From positions 95,790,001-95,854,000 of the forward strand of contig OX597819.1 in assembly GCA_951406725.2 (NCBI GenBank): a DNA stretch of 64,000 nt, in the 5' to 3' direction. Below are positions 36,437 to 48,231 of the stretch, piece after piece; the stretch's first letter is position 1, and every line of letters begins with the position of its first letter. Position numbers and translations under genes: made by a program. The notes under the pieces were generated by a model. It searched no databases, was not told where the DNA came from, and worked only from the letters and a program-made list of their open reading frames with translations. Origin of the DNA: Octopus vulgaris. Its lineage: Eukaryota.

Positions 36437-37002
36437 ATATATTTTATGTAATGGATGAACCTTTCTTCTTTCCTCATTTTATGTCTGCTCTCCGTGCTGG
36501 CATTGGTGGGACAACAGATTATTCATAATTGCAAGACACTGACTGTTATAGTTTTAGAATTTATCAAGAAAGCAAATACCAAAATGTCCACCTACCTGTA
36601 GAATTCTATTCAACACCAGAATGACATGGATTACCAAAGTTAGTGTAGTATTGGTAATACATCAGAAGCCTTCAAATAGTTATAGAAAACTGGAGAAACA
36701 GAAAGATTTAAGGCTCAACCTCTTTTCATATTTCAAGTGTGCTATATAAAGATCCATGGCATCTAAAATCCTATCAGAAAAGGAAATTCAACCTGTTTGA
36801 AACCAGATATTTATAAAAAATAACTTGCTATCTGAAAGCAAGATAATATTTACCCAACAAACAAATCAAAGAACAGTTTAGACAACTACCAATGTCATCT
36901 ACAATCCTCAGATGTCACTTGATCTTGCTCAGTTACACATCAAGACTTGATAACTATGACATTATGGTAGAATTTCTGAGCCAACAAAAGAGCCTCTATA
37001 TC

Positions 37003-37182
37003 TGACACCTTTATCTTGTCAATCATTGAAGCAATATGACCATTGTTACTAAAACTAAGCTATCAATATGCTCTATAAAATATAACAGAATATTGACACC
37101 TTCATCTTGTCAATCATTGAAGCAATATGACCATTGTTACTAAAACTAAGCTATCAATATGCTCTATAAAATATAACAGAAT
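37003..37182. repeat. Near-perfect 91-bp tandem duplication
   Basis: tgacacctt...tataacagaat starts at 37003 and 37094. Confidence 0.9.
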
Positions 37183-37229
37183 CCAAAGAAACTGGTTTTG
37201 ATCTGTGTTAGTGCAGTAAAACTGCCATA

Positions 37230-38220
37230 AAGAATGGAAAGTCTATTTCAGATAGAGTTTTTCTTCAGAGAAAGCTTGACAGGAGTGAAATTAAAAAAAG
37301 GCAGTCGAGTTTTACATCCTCTAGTTTGAGAAACTGGCTGCAACTGATGAGGAACACAAGAAATAAGCTTCATATATAGACAAGAAGTAATAGTAGAAAG
37401 TGGGTAAGAAGTAGAAGGAAAGAGAAATGAAATGAAGAGCAGCAGTTGAAAGGGGAAAATGCAGTGAGAGACGTTGAAGGATAAGAAGGGATTGTTGAAC
37501 TAAGAATAGGTAGGAGCAGAAAGAAAATGTTCATTTAAACCCACTGCTGACATGGTAGCAAGTTCGAATATATAATGTTGGCCCTTCCATTTCTTTCAGC
37601 ATATAGTCCATGGGTGTATGAAGATGCTGCGAGCTAAGTGAGCAATGAAATGGCTTGTGTTTGAGTGGGTGGCAACAGGATGGCCAGGCATACAAAGCAG
37701 CATGCTTTGTATGTGCACCCAAAAACAATTGGCAAGGCGCATCCCATTTCCTCAATACAGAGTGATGTAGAGTTTGCAGATGATACTTTAAGGTTGGAAG
37801 ATGTGCAACAGAAGTTCTGGGTAATGTGATACCATGACTAAGGCGCAGTGATGGTTGTAGTGTTGTAGGAGCAAGTGTTGCACTATCAACAGGCATACTT
37901 AAAAATGCCTGTTTGTGTGAGGCCAGGCAATATGGAGCTTCTTACTAAGAGGTTGGTGAGATTCCTATATTTTTTGAAAGTAAGGAGTGGTGGCACAGGA
38001 AAGGTTGGAGCAGTTTGGGCTCAGAAAGTAGAATTTAGAAGTTGTGAATGAGTTTGTTTTTCAATAAAAGCTCAGAGAGTAGAGTCTGGTCTGAAGGTGT
38101 AAAGAAGGTAGAGAGCAGTGGCATGGTCAATTGCTCAGGCTGGGCAGAATGCAGGGCCTACAACTGTTCAAGAATATCATTGACTGAGGAAGAAATGTTC
38201 CATGCTCTAACTGCCTTAGG
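37230..38220 (-). mobile_element. Decayed CR1-group LINE fragment
   Basis: Purine-rich plus strand. Local similarity to 59270-59310 (tgagaaac.g...gc...a..g). Confidence 0.35.
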
Positions 38221-38407
38221 TATAAGCATACTGTTAAAATACTTTACAAATGTAAAATTTATGTGGTAAATAAGTTTAGAAAAGATGATTTGAACTCTCC
38301 AGAAAATATCAACCAACAAATATTATAATTATCAGATTTTAATAAACATATTAATGTGTAAATTTTATCACAATTTTATATCAAAAATATTTCTTAAGTT
38401 GTCTTCT

Positions 38408-38639
38408 TTACCTCTATTCATAGAAAATGTTCTCAATATTTTCCTTCTGTATATATTCACGTATGACAAGGCTTTTGGAGAGACTAATTCTCCACAAATT
38501 TCACATTTACAAGGCATTACCCCTTACCTCTATTCATAGAAAATGTTCTCAATATTTTCCTTCTGTATATATTCACGTATGACAAGGCTTTTGGAGAGAC
38601 TAATTCTCCACAAATTTCACATTTACAAGGCATTACCCC
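38408..38639. repeat. Perfect 116-bp tandem duplication containing a half zinc finger
   Basis: Units 38408-38523 and 38524-38639. The minus strand reads GVMPCKCEICGE. Confidence 0.9.
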
Positions 38640-39380
38640 TGTTTTCCAGTCGTGATTAATGAGATTGTGTTTCTGTAAGAAGCTCTAGTTATGTAGCTGT
38701 GGATTACAAGACTAGAACTCAAAGATTGAGTTCCAGCAAATAATTTTAATACAATTTCTACTGAAAATGTGTTTGTGTTTGTATTCAGCAGTAGATTACA
38801 AGTGTAAAATTATTTAACACTGAATGATTCCCTACATATTTTAAATTGCTGTACTTATTATTATTTTTTTTTTTTTTCGGTAAATTTTTACTAAAACACC
38901 TGTCTTGCTTTGAAGATGAAATTTGTTTTTGCTATGGTTTTTTTATATATTTTGAGTGAACCTAACTACCAAAACCGCCGAAAATAATTCGTTCCTTAGG
39001 CAAACTACCTCTTCAAATCGAGATGTGTTTTATAATAAGCATATATCGGCGTAACTTCGGTATACTACCCGGAAGTACAGGATACATTTCAAGAAAGTGG
39101 GGTTTTTTTATATATATATATATATGGGGGGTTAGGGGTGAGAGAAAAGGGTTTCTGTTATCTTCAGAAATGTAAACAAAGCCACTTCCAGTACTTACGG
39201 AACATATACCGAAGGATCGCCAAAAGTTTTTCTCAAGCGATAGCAAATTTGTAGGCAGCAATATGAGAATTCAAAGAGAATGAATTCCGACATATTCATT
39301 CACCATGATAGATAGATAGATGCTGAATGTTTGTAAACTTTGAGTTTTAACACTTACAAGAGAAAACATTCTCATGTTTC

Positions 39381-40526
39381 TCAATTTAAAGTTTTCCTAC
39401 CAATGTGCATCTGTTCGTGCCTTTTTAAGTAATCATTAGATACAAAAGATTTCTCACACATTTTACAGTGGTAGGGTTTTTCCCCAGTGTGGCTACGTTT
39501 GTGGATTGTAAGCTTAAAATTTTCAATGAAAGATTTCCCGCATATTTCACAGCGGAAAGGCTTTTCCCCAGTATGACTACGTTTGTGGATAACAAGTTTC
39601 GAATTATTAGTGAAGGATTTCCTGCATATTTCACAACTGAACGGTTTTTCTCCCGTGTGAATTCGTTTGTGTTTTGTTAAATCGCTATTATCAACAAAGG
39701 ATTTTCCGCAGATTTCACAGGGGTAAGGTTTTTCACCCGTATGTATTCGTTTATGCCTTTTTAAGTGATTGTTATTTATAAATGATTTCCCACAGATTTC
39801 ACAGTGAAACAGCTTCTCGCCGGTATGACTACGTATGTGAATAACAAGATGAGAATTCTGAGTGAAAGATGCCCCACAGATTTCACAGTGGAACGGTTTT
39901 TCCCCCGAGTGTATTATTTTGTGCATTGTCAAGTTACTGTTAGACACAAATGACTTCCCGCATATTTCACACTGATAGAGTTTTTCCCCCGTGTGAATTA
40001 TTTTATGAACCACAAGATGAGAATTCTGAGTGAAAGATTTTCCACACACGTCACAGCGAAACGGTTTCTCTCCCGTGTGAATTCGTTTATGTGTTGTTAA
40101 TTTACTATTATCCAGAAAAGATTTCCCGCATATTTCACACTGAAACGGATTTTCTCCAGTATGACTACGTTTGTGGGCAACAAGACACGAATTCTGAATA
40201 AAAGATTCCCCACATATTTCACAATAGTAAGGTTTTTCCCCAGTATGTAGTCTTTTATGCCTCGTCAAACAACTGTTATTGACAAAATATTTTCCACATA
40301 TTTCACATTGGTATGGCTTTTCCTTATTGTGTATTTCTTTGTGTGCGAAGACTTCTTGTTCCGAGGAGAATGTTTTCCTACATATCTCACAACTATATTC
40401 ACTAACATTTCCGTGTAATGATGTTTGTTTAGTAAATGTTTCACTACGTAAAGGTTTCTCATAGCTGTGTGTCTGTGTAACTGAATCTGTTGTGTTTAAA
40501 GTGTCCAAGTGATTAACGTCATCCAT
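39381..40526 (-). CDS. Tandem C2H2 zinc-finger protein, 12 fingers, single coding exon
   Basis: 12 CEICGK-type fingers with TGEKP linkers. Acceptor ttctcag| precedes 40553. Confidence 0.95.
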   Translation of the reverse strand: MDDVNHLDTLNTTDSVTQTHSYEKPLRSETFTKQTSLHGNVSEYSCEICRKTFSSEQEVFAHKEIHNKEKPYQCEICGKYFVNNSCLTRHKRLHTGEKPYYCEICGESFIQNSCLVAHKRSHTGENPFQCEICGKSFLDNSKLTTHKRIHTGEKPFRCDVCGKSFTQNSHLVVHKIIHTGEKLYQCEICGKSFVSNSNLTMHKIIHSGEKPFHCEICGASFTQNSHLVIHIRSHTGEKLFHCEICGKSFINNNHLKRHKRIHTGEKPYPCEICGKSFVDNSDLTKHKRIHTGEKPFSCEICRKSFTNNSKLVIHKRSHTGEKPFRCEICGKSFIENFKLTIHKRSHTGEKPYHCKMCEKSFVSNDYLKRHEQMHIGRKTLN

Positions 40527-41379
40527 ATTGATTTTCGAGGAATTCTTAACAAACTGAGAAATGTGAAAATAATCTATTATGGTTCATCGATTTGGAGGGA
40601 CAGTGCTTATATGATTTTATAAGAGTAATCACTACATATGAAACATTTACATAAACAGCACTATGTTCCTAATATATGATGGGCGGTGTTACTGACAATG
40701 TTTCCCTAGTCTAAATGACAACGGTGTTGTAAATTAGATGTCCTAACATAATTCAATACATTCAGAAACGCCTTCACTCATATTAATTTGCTTCTTCGAT
40801 TCAATCGGATCCATGGTAGTAATAGTAATAATAATCTTTTTCTGTTAACCGCTGAGGGTTTATATAAAAGATTGGTGACGGTACAGACAAATACAATTCA
40901 AATAAAATGGGATTGAAACTTGTAAATAACAATAACAATGAAAATGTTAATAATATCACTAAAAAGGGAGACTTCCAAAGGCTTTCGTGGAAACCCCACA
41001 AACCCACGATCGCCCTGATCTCTAAGTCACATGCCCTCTCTTCTTCATCTACCCTCGATCTAGAGGCGCATGCTTATAGTAGGTCTGTTCCCATGGGCCA
41101 GTCACACTACATTTACCCACCTATTAACCACAGTGTACAAGATTCAGTATGCTGACAATTCAGCTACACCATCTCATACCTCTTCCTTTCTTTAACCCAC
41201 GATAAACTCAATGAACAGTGCCTATTCTCAGCTTGGTCTTCAAGTGAATCAGCCTTTCCATACTCACATCCTTCTCAGCCCATTCTTATTGATGATGTTT
41301 CTCTCCTGTAGGTGAACTCCTTGGCCTCTGCATCGTTCAGGAGACTCAGCAAATGAGTCTTTCAGAACAAGAAACTTAG

Positions 41380-41925
41380 AGCAAGTACAAAGATCTCCAC
41401 TTATTGAGCTGTCTGTGTATCACCCTCCTGTATGGGTATGAATGATGTAACCTTTATCAGTACCAGATTAGACAACTGGAAGTGTTCCATTTCAGATCAC
41501 TCTGAAGTATCCTCAGCCTCATGTGGAAGGATAAGGTTCTCATACAAAAATCCTCCTGAGGGCTGGTATCCACAACATTGAGGCTTGCATCCTTCATTGT
41601 CTTCTCTGCTGGGTGGGCCATGTAAATCAAATGTTGGGTAACTGGCTCCCAAAGATGTTCCTTTTCAGTGAGACTGAGACTGGATGTCCAAAACTTTGTG
41701 TTCATGATCCTCTCAAGCATTTTATGTGGTGTTCCTTCCAGTGGAGTGGTGTCCCTTCCAGTGGAGTGGAGTCCCTAACTGGAGTTGAGTGCTTTGAAAC
41801 CAAATACAGGAGACTGCATGAGGAGAGGAGGAGACATCATCATCAACCCCCTGTGACTGTTGTTCGGGGTCACTTGCAGTGCCCTAGGATCTGCCTATCT
41901 TGTATTGGTCTTGTCAGTCATGTGT
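41380..41925 (+). mobile_element. Decayed RTE (BovB-like) 3' fragment
   Basis: TLLYGYE, HFRSL*SILSLMWKDKV, WVGHVNQM..WLPKMFLFSE and a terminal CPRICLSCIGLVSH zinc motif. Confidence 0.7.
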
Positions 41926-42789
41926 AGTAGTAATTACAGATAGAAATAGAGTGATGTTGTAAGAGAAAATAAAGTGAGAGTTGTAGAGTTAAGGGAAGTT
42001 GTGTCTCATAGTTGCTGATCATAAACTTCTTTCTCCCTCTGACCATTTGTCTATAGTAGCTGCCTGCTTGTGACCATGATTCTAGCAGTCCGTTTACTAA
42101 CTGATGGTAGCTGTCTCTCATTTGAGTTGTCACTCACCGATTAACTGACTTTTGCTTGGGGGTTCCTTGTTTTTATAACTATCCAGAAGAGAACAATAGA
42201 TTTCATTGGTGGTACTTGTCATCTTAAATCTGGCTTTTGGTGGCTTATAAGAGGTTAGAAGAGTCAAATGCAAAAACATTATTTTGCTTAGCTAAGGCAT
42301 CTGGTAAATATAAACTGCTGTCACAGAAAAACTATTGTTTTATCGTGAGAAAAGTTCTGTTGAAGCTTTAATTTAAATTTGGCTATCTAGGATCGAATCT
42401 ACATCATGCCTGCAAGATCCACTACATATGCTTTTTTTGTTTTATGTGCAGATGGAGTCTTAATCGTAAATCCTATACACAATGCCATATAGCATATATT
42501 CGTGTTAAGATTAAATGAATTTGGAAAAATGAAAAAGTGCAAGTCATATAATAGTGCTGACGATTTGTGTAAATTGAAAGAAATCATTTTTCCAAATTAA
42601 TCACTTTTAATGCTGTCACAAAGGGGATGTAGGGGCAACTTTTGTTTTGCTCAGAATCTCAAGTGTTCAAAACATGGACATTCCATACACGGAGGTAAAG
42701 AAAACGTACACCACCCGTTTTCGGCGTAGCAAAAACCCTAACCCTAAATCTAAACACCGTGTGTGCGTATTTTTTACTTTTGCCAAAGT

Positions 42790-43687
42790 ACGTATTAAAC
42801 AAATATGAAAAGAAAAATTTGCGCTAACGAACCGGATGGGAACGAAGAGAGGACTTTCGGAAAATTCACAAGATTCGATTTTTTCCCGCGTAACTTTTAG
42901 GAAAATGGTTATCTTTTAAGAAAATTTTATATAAATGCCTGGATCTTTTCAAACGGCATTGACTACGATTATAAAGAAATTTTTTTTTGGGGGGGGGGGA
43001 TTTCCCGAAGGGTGGGGAGAGGACTTTCGAAGAGAAAGAAATTCATAAATTATTTTTTTCTTGAAAGTAAAGAAAAAAATAATTTTAAAAAATATTCTAG
43101 ATTTATTTATTTTTCGTTTGAGTAAAAGAAAAATGTTTTTAAAAGATCCCATGTATCATGGTGAGAGAAATAAATTCATAAATACGGTGTTGAATATGGT
43201 TTCACTATGGAAAAAAGTTAACGGCGATTTAGCTGTTGTTTGTAGCACATTTCCCCCGTTGGAGGTAAGAAGAGCTATGTTCAATGTTTTACAGTATAAA
43301 AATGCACCAACGCACTCCTCTGAAAAAATATTCCCCATAAATTTCTTTATAATCGTAATCTCTGCCATTTGAAAGGTCTTTATATAAAGTTTCATTGAAA
43401 GATATCCATTTCCCTAAAAGTTATGAGGGAAAAAATCGTATCGTGTGAGTTTTCCGAAGGTCCTCTTCCCACCCCCTGGGAAAATATTTTCCTCACAAAT
43501 TTCTTTATAATCGTAATATATGCCGTTTGAAAGGAATTTATATAAAATTTCATTGAAAGATATCAATTTTCCTAAAAGTTATGATGGAAGAAATCGGATA
43601 TTGCGAATTTTTCTGAAAGTCCTCTCCTCACCCTACCCCCACCGGTTCCTTTAGCGCAAATTTTTGTTTTCATATTCATTTTATACA
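42790..43687. mobile_element. Foldback-type inverted-repeat element with internal subrepeats
   Basis: aatatgaaaagaaaaatttgcgctaa...gaggactttcggaaaattc at the left is mirrored by gaaagtcctc...ttagcgcaaatttttgttttcatatt at the right. Confidence 0.8.
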
Positions 43688-43779
43688 CATTTTCTTATAC
43701 TTATGAAATTTGTTTTTTTTTTATTGTTTTGGTGGCCAGGTGTTAACTTTAACCCTTTTAATTGTTCTTGTTTGCATAC

Positions 43780-44111
43780 CTGATAATATTAAATACATTG
43801 TAAAGTAACAATATTAAATGAAATTACGAAATATTCTTCGATATTTGAACTTTACAATATATCCCACATCCATCTCTTATTCACATATTAGTATTAATAG
43901 TTTTGCTTTACAATAAAACAATACTGCTTTTGACGTAGATATGATATTAAGCACATGCCAAAAGTATAATTTGTCACCGCCTACAAGAAGTCAACGGTTA
44001 TATCCCTTTGCACAGGAAGTTATATTTAACGCTATAATTATTGTTACCAAATTATTGGTACACACGGATTGACGCTAGATGTATTATTGACTGCTGAGAG
44101 GCATGATCCAG
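43780..44111. promoter_or_regulatory. Putative bidirectional promoter with first exons of the 12-finger ZNF (-) and the USP gene (+)
   Basis: Divergent donors cag|gtatgc (-, 43779) and cag|gtatat (+, 44112). TGACGT at 43931 and CAGGAAGT at 44013. Confidence 0.5.
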
Positions 44112-45169
44112 GTATATATGCTACTAATTATATACAACTGTGTTTATATGGTTGAGAAATATTTTTAATATCTGATATATCAAGAAATATTGTTGATTTC
44201 ATTTAATGAGAACGCGTACTTGTGTACATGTTTATATTTAATTCGAAAAGGTAGTGGATAGTAAAATTAGTATTAGGCTACATCCTGTTGTTTTCTGAGT
44301 TCAATTCCTACCATGATAATTTTTATATGTCCATATTTATGAATTTGATACCAGTTCAAGTACTGTTGTGGATTTAATATACTTTATCAAAATGTGTGGC
44401 TTTGTGCCAATGTCAGAAGTTAGAGTGTATAATGAGGTAAAATTCGATTCCATGCAACTGTCCAACCTCTTACTCAAGAAAAATACAGAATTTACTTTAT
44501 TGTTTGGAACAACTATCCTTGGGATTTCAAAAGTAACAAATCAACATTTAAGTTTGGAGAAAGTACTATATACTTTAAGTTAAAGTTAGGACACGAAAAT
44601 AAGTTTCCCCCACACCATTGTTATGTATTTCACTTCTATTATAATTACCGCATCATCGAAGGGACATAAAACTCTATTGTTTACACACAACCTTTGTCAA
44701 CTTTTCACATGTAAACAGTGAGTGCTCTATACTAACAAGTTTTAAATTTTAAAGTTGTTTCCCCTTTGTATTTCGTCATTTATCCGCTAGGTGATACCAA
44801 AAAAAAAAAAAGTTAAGAGGAATAATTGTTAAAAGTTGAGATTTTCATTGACCTCGTGCTGTTTGACTTTATACGATCATATTCCGACTACATTCATATG
44901 TATAATTTAAATAAGACGAGCTAAAAGAAATAACGCAGAATGGCCAGTCGCGTGTATTTGAACAACACAGAAATACAAGTGTATGAAATACCTACAACAT
45001 AAATTCTTGATTTATTAAAATTACCTTCTAGAGAATATATCATAATTACAAAATGAGTAACGGTCAATGGAGTATAGGTAGCTGATTATAAGGTAGAGGC
45101 AGATCCCTTACGTAGGATACATGAGGTTTCTTATATGCCTCAAGATGGTTGAGTGAGCTAGGATGATAA

Positions 45170-45950
45170 AGATGAGAAAAGTAGAAAATATGGAGTTCCT
45201 GGCTGGAATGAGAGTGGAAGGAAGTTGTTGGAAATGTGTGTGGAGCAGGAGTTGATGGTAGGGAATAGTCTTTTTAAAAAGTGGGAGAAGAATAAGTTCA
45301 CATGGTAGCGGGTGGAGGGAGGAACCGTAGTGGATAGAGTCTTGATGGATTATATATTAATTGACAAGAGAGCGGTAGGAAGGTTGGTGGATGTGCATGT
45401 AAGGAGAGGTGGAGGAGTGTCAGATCACTTCTTAGGACAGGGTAAGTTGAAGGTATATTCAAAATGGTATACAAGACAAATTACAGGGAAGAGAGAGCTT
45501 GTGAAGGTGAGTAAACTGGATAGGAGAGAGAAGGAGCAGGAGTACTCAGAGAAACTGATGGGTAAATATGACCAGGTTGAGAAACAAGAGGTAGGAAATG
45601 AGGAGGAGTGAGAGGCAGTAATGAGATGTGCCTCTGAAGTATGTGGTTGGAATGGGGTGTGAGGTACAGAGGGTAAAAAAGGAGGTTGGAGGAAGGGAAG
45701 ACAGGATGAAGGATATAAATGGAAATTTGTTGAAAGGAAGTGAGGATCTACAAAAGAGATGGGCAGAGTATCTTAGTGAGCTGTTAAATGTGGAGGATGT
45801 TAGGGAGGCGAGTATAGTGGCTGTAGGAGGAGAGATGAGAATGCATGTTGGGGAATGGAACTATGGTGCAGTTGGAAGAGAGAAGGTGAGGGAATCCTTG
45901 CAGAAAATGGCAAACTGGAAGGTGCTAGGTATTGATGGGTGTACAGTTAT
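45170..45950 (+). mobile_element. RTE-type LINE endonuclease/linker fragment
   Basis: KYGVPGWNESGRKLLEMC...LMVGNSLF, LMDYILI, VSDHFL, RWAEYLSELLN. Confidence 0.8.
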
Positions 45951-46184
45951 TGGCAGTTGCATTCTATTCCTTGACCTGAGCACAGAATGGGGCTTGTCTC
46001 TTTAAGCTGGTGAATGAATGGAATGCCTGGTGTGTGTCTTGTTGTGGCTACCCTCTCCTAAAACAATGGGAAGTAGGCTGGGGTATATATAAAAAAAAAA
46101 TATCGTTGGCTCCAGCTTGTATCCATGTATTTGTCAGTTTCTATCCAGTCTCCTCGACATGTCTATGCTGAATGTGACTTTGGA

Positions 46185-46577
46185 GTCCAAGTTGGTGGTG
46201 AAAGAGTCATGGGCAGAATTTGCACAGGATGGTCGGTGCGGGTCGAGGATGTTGAAAATGCTCCTTTCCTCTCCTGCGTTTTACCTCATTCTGTTGTCTG
46301 TTCTGCTTGAAGGAGCTGGCTCTATTGTGAATAGTAGTCTTTGAGGTTGTCCTATCCATGGCAATCTGTTCCCATGAGGATGGATGGGTGTTAGTTTGAG
46401 CCAAGGTCTGTTTGAGCTGGTCTTTAAAAAGGAATTTTGGGCCTCCTCTGCATCTTGTTCCAATTGCATGTTCTCTGTAGAGCATGATCTTTGGGAGATG
46501 AAAGGGCTCCATATGCTGGACGTGACCTGCCCATCAGAAGCAATGGTGAAGAATGGTGGCTTCAATGCTTGGTAGAG
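46185..46577 (-). mobile_element. RTE (BovB-like) ORF 3' end
   Basis: SIEATIL...WAGHV, HLPKIMLY...GTRCRGGPK..FKDQLK...WEQIAMDR, CKFC. Confidence 0.8.
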
Positions 46578-46825
46578 AAAGAGTTTGCTTAAAATCACCA
46601 GATAGCAGGAGAGATACACCTCCTATTGGGCAGTGACAGTCCCTGATATCTTGTAGGGTCCTATCTGGGGCCTCTAGGAATCCTTTATGGGCCATTGTGC
46701 ATTCATCCCACACAATGAGCTGGTACCTTCTCAGGACTTTTGCTTTGTCCCAGCCCTTGCTGATATTGCAAGTTGCAGAGTCAGACATAGTCACATTAAA
46801 TGCAAGTTTAAAAGTGGAATAAACC
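46578..46825 (-). mobile_element. Helitron PIF1-helicase fragment
   Basis: STFKL...CNISK...LIVWDECTMAHK..LEA.DRTLQDIR....IGGVSLLLSGDFKQTL. Confidence 0.88.
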
Positions 46826-46829
46826 ATCC

Positions 46830-47079
46830 TTTTATCATGGACAGGAAGTTGGGACAAAGAGCCAATGTGAAATTTTGCATTAAACTTGGGAACTCTGCTA
46901 CAGAGACATTGAACATACTTCATTAAGCATATAGTGACGAGGCAATAGGTCATACACAATGTTTCGAGTGGCACAGGCGCTTGAAAAGCAGAACATCTCT
47001 AGAAGATGACGAACTTAAGTAAATAAGTTATTTTTTATTAAATATAACTTGTCCGGGAACCTTTTGGTACCACCTCATA
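46830..47079 (+). mobile_element. Internally deleted mariner fragment
   Basis: MDRKLGQRANVKFCIKLGNSATETL..L..AY.DEA......FEWHRR...RTSLEDDE, then a TIR-like gtccgggaaccttttggtaccacctca-ta. Confidence 0.8.
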
Positions 47080-47245
47080 CTAAGCTACTGGTGATGTGGA
47101 TAACCAGTCCCTCTATTTGATCCACATTAAGCAGGCTCTCCTCCCTTGTATCCACTATATTTTGCAGCCTTTCATAGTGGCACTTCCAAGCTTCTTTCTT
47201 TGCAGAATCACTAACTGCAAGTGCACCATCATTCATATGAATGCA
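47080..47245 (-). mobile_element. RTE linker fragment
   Basis: DGALAVSDSAKKEAWKCHYERLQN. Confidence 0.6.
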
Positions 47246-47534
47246 AAATATAGTGGATTGTTGCAATATATGCTCTTTCTCATGGAGACAAGGTTGACTG
47301 TTGTATGTGCTGAGTAAGTAAAGAGAGGACCTTGACAAGAATGTGCCAGGTATGTTGGATTGAACCATTTCCCTGAGCCCTCAGCCTCCTGATAAGTAAT
47401 GATGTTTCTGGAGGAAGAATTACAGTACCCACTGCTCTGTAGATTGATATATGTAATATTACACATTCTGGAGATGTAGCTGTAGTCTGCAAATATGTAG
47501 GCATCACAGTGTTATGATATAATATTGATATCAA

Positions 47535-47935
47535 GATTTTGGCACAGGGTCAGCAATTTTGAGGAAGTGGGTAAGTTGATTATATTGAACCTAGTGCTCA
47601 ACTACTACTTATTTTACTGACTTCGAAAGGCAAAGTTGACCTCAGCAGAATTTGAACTCAGAATGTAAAAATGGATGAAATGCCACTTAGCATTTTACCT
47701 AGCGCAGTAACAATTCTGCCAGCTTGCTGCCTATGTTATAATATTCCTTTCTACTATAGGCACAAGGCCTGAAATTTGGGGTTGGGGTTAGTCAATTACG
47801 TCGATCTCTGTATCCAACTGGTACTCAGGATGAAAGGCAAGCTCAGCAAAATTTGAACTCAGAACACAAAGACAGATGAAATGCTACTATGTATTTTAAC
47901 TGGCATGCTTATGATTTGCCCAGTTTGCCACCATT
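47535..47935 (-). mobile_element. Two tandem SINE copies
   Basis: Both show ggcacaaggc tail and aatttgaactcagaa head sequences shared with 55713-56105. Confidence 0.75.
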
Positions 47936-48231
47936 GTTATGTTATAATATTGATAACAAATTACAAAATATATTTCAGTCACTTAGATAAATTTCTGTAT
48001 CTAAAACTTACTAATATAGATATGTAGTAAAATTTCCACTGTTGAATTTCCATTTTTAAGTATCCTCTACATTGTTTACTTTTTCTCTATTTCAGAATAT
48101 TAGATAATATTGAAAACAATATCTTGGAGTAAAATGATTATTAGATGGAGAAACAGCTTCCCAGTTACATAAAAATATCCCATGGATGATATTTACCAAG
48201 TTTACTGAACAAAATTTTTCTGACCGAAAAC

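Noticed and set aside
44790-44825. ggtgataccaaaa as the left TIR of the mariner fragment ending at 47079
   Set aside because: The match is too short and is interrupted by a poly-A run, so it cannot be paired with confidence.
46534-46974. 146-aa ORF as a PIF1 helicase gene
   Set aside because: Only about 80 aa are helicase-like, with mutated motifs, and the flanks derive from mariner and RTE fragments.
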